A stretch of 64,000 nucleotides of DNA from Alphaproteobacteria bacterium (GTDB taxonomy: Bacteria > Myxococcota_A > UBA796 > SXON01). The translations under genes and the position numbers were made by a program. The notes under the pieces are model-generated. The model worked only from the letters and a program-made list of their open reading frames with translations. It was not told the origin of the DNA and searched no databases. The number at the start of each line of letters is the position of its first letter. Positions within the stretch are counted from its first letter, which is position 1. The stretch spans positions 60,173 to 124,172 of the forward strand of contig JBEIQS010000002.1 of NCBI GenBank assembly GCA_040376425.1, given 5' to 3'. Below are positions 61,135-64,000 of this stretch, in pieces.

Positions 61135-64000
61135 ATGACCTTATCCGACGTCAGTATCAAGCGGCCGGTTTTTACGCTGATGCTCAGCTTTGCCCTCCTG
61201 GTGGTGGGCCTCCTGTCGCTGACGCGTTTGCCCACCGACCTGTATCCCTCGGTGAACTTCCCGATCATGCTGGTGCGCGTCGTGTATCCGGGGGCCAGTC
61301 CCCAGGACATTGAGCGCGACATCACCAAGCCCTTGGAGGATTCGATCGCCGGTATTCCCGGTATCGACACCATCCAGAGCTTCACCCGCGACGGCTTTAT
61401 GATCGCGGTGCTGAAGTTCGAGATGGATACCTCCCTGGATGAAGCCACCAATGCGGTGCGCGACCGCGTGGGCGCGGTCCAGGGAGACTTCCCGAGCGCC
61501 GCCTGGGATCCGGTGATTCAGCAGATTGATATCGGCGCATTGCCGGTCATGGTCGTGGCCATGTCCAGCCCGGGCGGGGTGAACGAAACCCGCGAGCTGG
61601 CCGATGAGCGCCTTCGCCCTTTGCTGGAGCAGGTGCCGGGCGTCGGCAGTGTAGAGGTATTGGGTGGTCAGGATCGCGAGGTGCAGGTCAACCTGGACCT
61701 GGACAAGATGCGCGCCCTGAACATCAGCCTGGACCAACTGAATCAACGGATCGGCATCGAAAACCTTTCAGTGCCCGTCGGTGATTTTTCTGCGCACGGC
61801 TACACCGTGGGTGTGCGCGCCGAGGGCCAGTACCGCTCGGTAGCCGACCTCGCCAGCACCGTGGTGTCGCAGACCCAGGACGGCAAGGTGGTGCGTCTGT
61901 CTGAGATCGCCGAGGTGGTGGACGGCTACACCAAAGAGACCTCGGTGGTCCGCTTCAACGGCCAAAGTGCCGTGACCGTGGCGGTGATGAAGCGCTCCGG
62001 CAGCAACACCGTTGCGGTGTCCGACGGAATCCAGGCCAAGCTGAAAGAGGCGGTACCCCAACTCGGTGCCGGGATCCAGTACGACATTATCGTGGATCAA
62101 TCCATCGATATCCGCGCCAACGCCCACGAAGTCTGGATCGCCATCTACTTCGGCGGCGCGATGGCCGTGCTGGTCATCCTCTTCTTCTTGTTGGATGTGC
62201 GCGGCACGATCATCTCCGCCATGGCGCTGCCCACCTCGGTGATCGGTACCTTCGCGCTGATGTATGCGATGGACTTCTCTATCAACATGATGACCCTGAT
62301 GGCCCTGTCGCTGGCCATCGGTCTGCTCATCGACGATGCGGTGGTGGTGCGCGAAGCCATCACCCGTCGGCTGGAGGCCGGAGACCCGCCGGAGGTGGCC
62401 GCGTCCAAGGGCACCAGCGAGATCGCCCTGGCGGTAATGGCGACTACATTTTCTCTGGTCGCGGTCTTTGTGCCGGTGGCCTTCATGTCCGGGATGGTGG
62501 GCCAGTTCTTCAAGCAGTTCGGCTTGACGATGGCTGCCGCGGTCATGATTTCGCTGTTCATCACCTTTACCCTTGACCCCATGCTCTCCGCCCGGTTCAC
62601 ACGGGCGCATCACGGGCCTCGCGGTTGGGTGGCCCGCACGATCATCCGCTTCCTGGATACCATTGATGCATCCTATCAGCGGATCCTGAACTTCACCCTG
62701 CGTCATCCCTGGTTGGTCAGCGGCACAGCGGTGATCTCCTTCGTGTTCACGCTCATCGTGGCCGCGATGATGCCCTCGGAGATGATTCCCAAGCCGGACC
62801 GCGGCGAAGTGCAGGCGGACCTGGAGATGCCGGTCGGCACCTCGCTGGGCGTGACCGACCGCGCGGCGATGCGGGCCGAAGAGGAGCTGCTGAAAGTTCC
62901 GGGGGTGGCGCGCGTCTATACGGTGGTGGGCAACGACAGCCGCACCTACCGTGCGCGCTTCCGCGTGAAGACGGTGGAGGATCGCCCCAACAGCCTGGAG
63001 TGGTACGAAGACAAGGTGCGCGAGATCCTGAGCAAGGAGCCCACTGCACAGGTGACCCTGATGCAACCGGCCGTCATCGAAGGCTTGGGCGACTGGCCCC
63101 CGATGATGATCATCCTTCAAGGCGACAGCCTGGAGACCCTGCTGAACGAAGGCAAGCGCGTCAAAGCCATGTTGACCGCGATTCCCGGCTCCTCCGACGT
63201 GCGCATCTCGGTCAGCCCCGGCGTGCCAGAGCTGCGGGTGGACATCGACCGTTCGGTCGCCGCCGATCGCGGGATTCCTGCCGGTCTGGTGGGGGTAACG
63301 GCGCGGATGTTGGTGGAAGGACAGCTCGTGGGGACCATGCGCGACGGCAAGCGCGAGGCCGACATCCGGGTGCGCGCCGCCCCGCGCTACGCCACCGATC
63401 CGGCCGCCATCGCCGGGCTGCCGCTCTCCACCCCGCGCGGCACCATCGCCCTGGGAGACGTTGCGAAGATCTCTATGGAAGCCGGTCCTTCCGAGATTCA
63501 GCACTACAACCGGATGCGCGCGGTCACCGTGTCCACCCAGATCGCCAACGGCTATACCCTGGGCGCGGTGCAGGAGCAGTTCTTCAAGGACCTGGAAAAG
63601 GCGCCGTTGCCCGCCGGCTACTTCTACACGCTGGACGGCCAGGTGCGGGATATGAACGAGACGGCGGCGGCCATGGGGCTGGCGGTGCTGGTCGCGGCCC
63701 TGTTCATCTTTATGGTGCTGGCGAGCCAGTTTGAGAGCCTGATCCATCCCTTCACCCTGATGGTGGCGCTCCCGCTGGCACTGTTGGGGGCAATCTTCGG
63801 GCTGCTCTTCACCGGCAACAGCATCTCCATGGGTGCGCAGATCGGCATCGTGTTGCTGATGGGTCTGGTGACCAAGAACGCCATCCTTCTCGTGGACGGC
63901 GCGTTGACGGCCATGCGCGAGGAAGGCGCCAACGCTGCCGACGCCATGCGGCAGGCCGGCCCGCGGCGGTTGCGCCCCATTCTGATGACCACTGCGGCGA
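61135..64000 (+). CDS. RND (AcrB/HAE1-like) efflux permease, 3'-truncated by the window end
   Basis: Not in the ORF track because it has no stop in the window. Hand translation from ATG 61135 gives MTLSDVSIKRPVFTLMLSFALLVVGLLSLTRLPTDLYPSVNFPIMLVRVVYPGASPQDIERDITKPLEDSIAGIPGID..., a classic RND N-terminus. It starts 3 nt after the adaptor stop. Confidence 0.9.
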   Translation, partial: MTLSDVSIKRPVFTLMLSFALLVVGLLSLTRLPTDLYPSVNFPIMLVRVVYPGASPQDIERDITKPLEDSIAGIPGIDTIQSFTRDGFMIAVLKFEMDTSLDEATNAVRDRVGAVQGDFPSAAWDPVIQQIDIGALPVMVVAMSSPGGVNETRELADERLRPLLEQVPGVGSVEVLGGQDREVQVNLDLDKMRALNISLDQLNQRIGIENLSVPVGDFSAHGYTVGVRAEGQYRSVADLASTVVSQTQDGKVVRLSEIAEVVDGYTKETSVVRFNGQSAVTVAVMKRSGSNTVAVSDGIQAKLKEAVPQLGAGIQYDIIVDQSIDIRANAHEVWIAIYFGGAMAVLVILFFLLDVRGTIISAMALPTSVIGTFALMYAMDFSINMMTLMALSLAIGLLIDDAVVVREAITRRLEAGDPPEVAASKGTSEIALAVMATTFSLVAVFVPVAFMSGMVGQFFKQFGLTMAAAVMISLFITFTLDPMLSARFTRAHHGPRGWVARTIIRFLDTIDASYQRILNFTLRHPWLVSGTAVISFVFTLIVAAMMPSEMIPKPDRGEVQADLEMPVGTSLGVTDRAAMRAEEELLKVPGVARVYTVVGNDSRTYRARFRVKTVEDRPNSLEWYEDKVREILSKEPTAQVTLMQPAVIEGLGDWPPMMIILQGDSLETLLNEGKRVKAMLTAIPGSSDVRISVSPGVPELRVDIDRSVAADRGIPAGLVGVTARMLVEGQLVGTMRDGKREADIRVRAAPRYATDPAAIAGLPLSTPRGTIALGDVAKISMEAGPSEIQHYNRMRAVTVSTQIANGYTLGAVQEQFFKDLEKAPLPAGYFYTLDGQVRDMNETAAAMGLAVLVAALFIFMVLASQFESLIHPFTLMVALPLALLGAIFGLLFTGNSISMGAQIGIVLLMGLVTKNAILLVDGALTAMREEGANAADAMRQAGPRRLRPILMTTAA

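Noticed and set aside
61768-63747. 659-aa minus-strand ORF antisense to the RND permease
   Set aside because: The + strand frame from 61135 translates into an unmistakable AcrB-type N-terminus. The antisense ORF is a His/Arg/Gly/Asp-rich GC-frame artefact.
1-64000. Prophage, IS/transposon, integrase, tRNA or rRNA content
   Set aside because: No ORF shows integrase, transposase, capsid or terminase motifs that I can recognise, and I saw no tRNA-like or rRNA-like stretches. These absences are by-eye judgements and should be confirmed with tRNAscan-SE, barrnap and ISfinder searches.

Overview
High-GC chromosomal segment (about two-thirds G+C by eye, not computed). It is probably from a member of Myxococcota, because two proteins end in MYXO-CTERM-like sorting signals (CGGC/GGCGG, hydrophobic helix, RRR). 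I support about 50 CDS and found no rRNA, tRNA, CRISPR array, transposase or integrase. Most genes are housekeeping or envelope genes: rsmG, an RlmD-like methyltransferase, pgi, type III glutamine synthetase, cyanophycinase, dnaJ, nhaA, queE, two copZ-like genes, polA, an ECF sigma/anti-sigma pair, pgsA, the alpha-2-macroglobulin/PBP1C pair, and an RND efflux pump that runs off the 3' end. Accessory content worth attention: (1) At 27.8-32.0 kb, a 1.5 kb ORF-poor, C-skewed, motif-laden region is followed by an LCM-family methyltransferase, two tandem 33-codon peptide genes missed by the ORF track, and a ROX/YcfD-like JmjC oxygenase. I read this as a candidate undescribed peptide-modification (RiPP-like) cassette, and it is my top candidate. 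(2) At 10.9-12.8 kb, a translationally coupled ABC-type AAA ATPase plus TOPRIM-like protein resembles PARIS/AbiL/OLD-type anti-phage modules. (3) At 13.5-19.4 kb, an NHLP-type HlyD/C39-ABC/ABC exporter triad has no visible precursor gene. (4) At 40.2-45.5 kb, a five-gene operon ends in a DUF4157-type polymorphic toxin with a low-GC C-terminal nuclease-like domain. The same operon contains a 19-nt exact direct repeat that delimits an in-frame 828-bp segment. All family assignments come from motif reading only. No searches were run.
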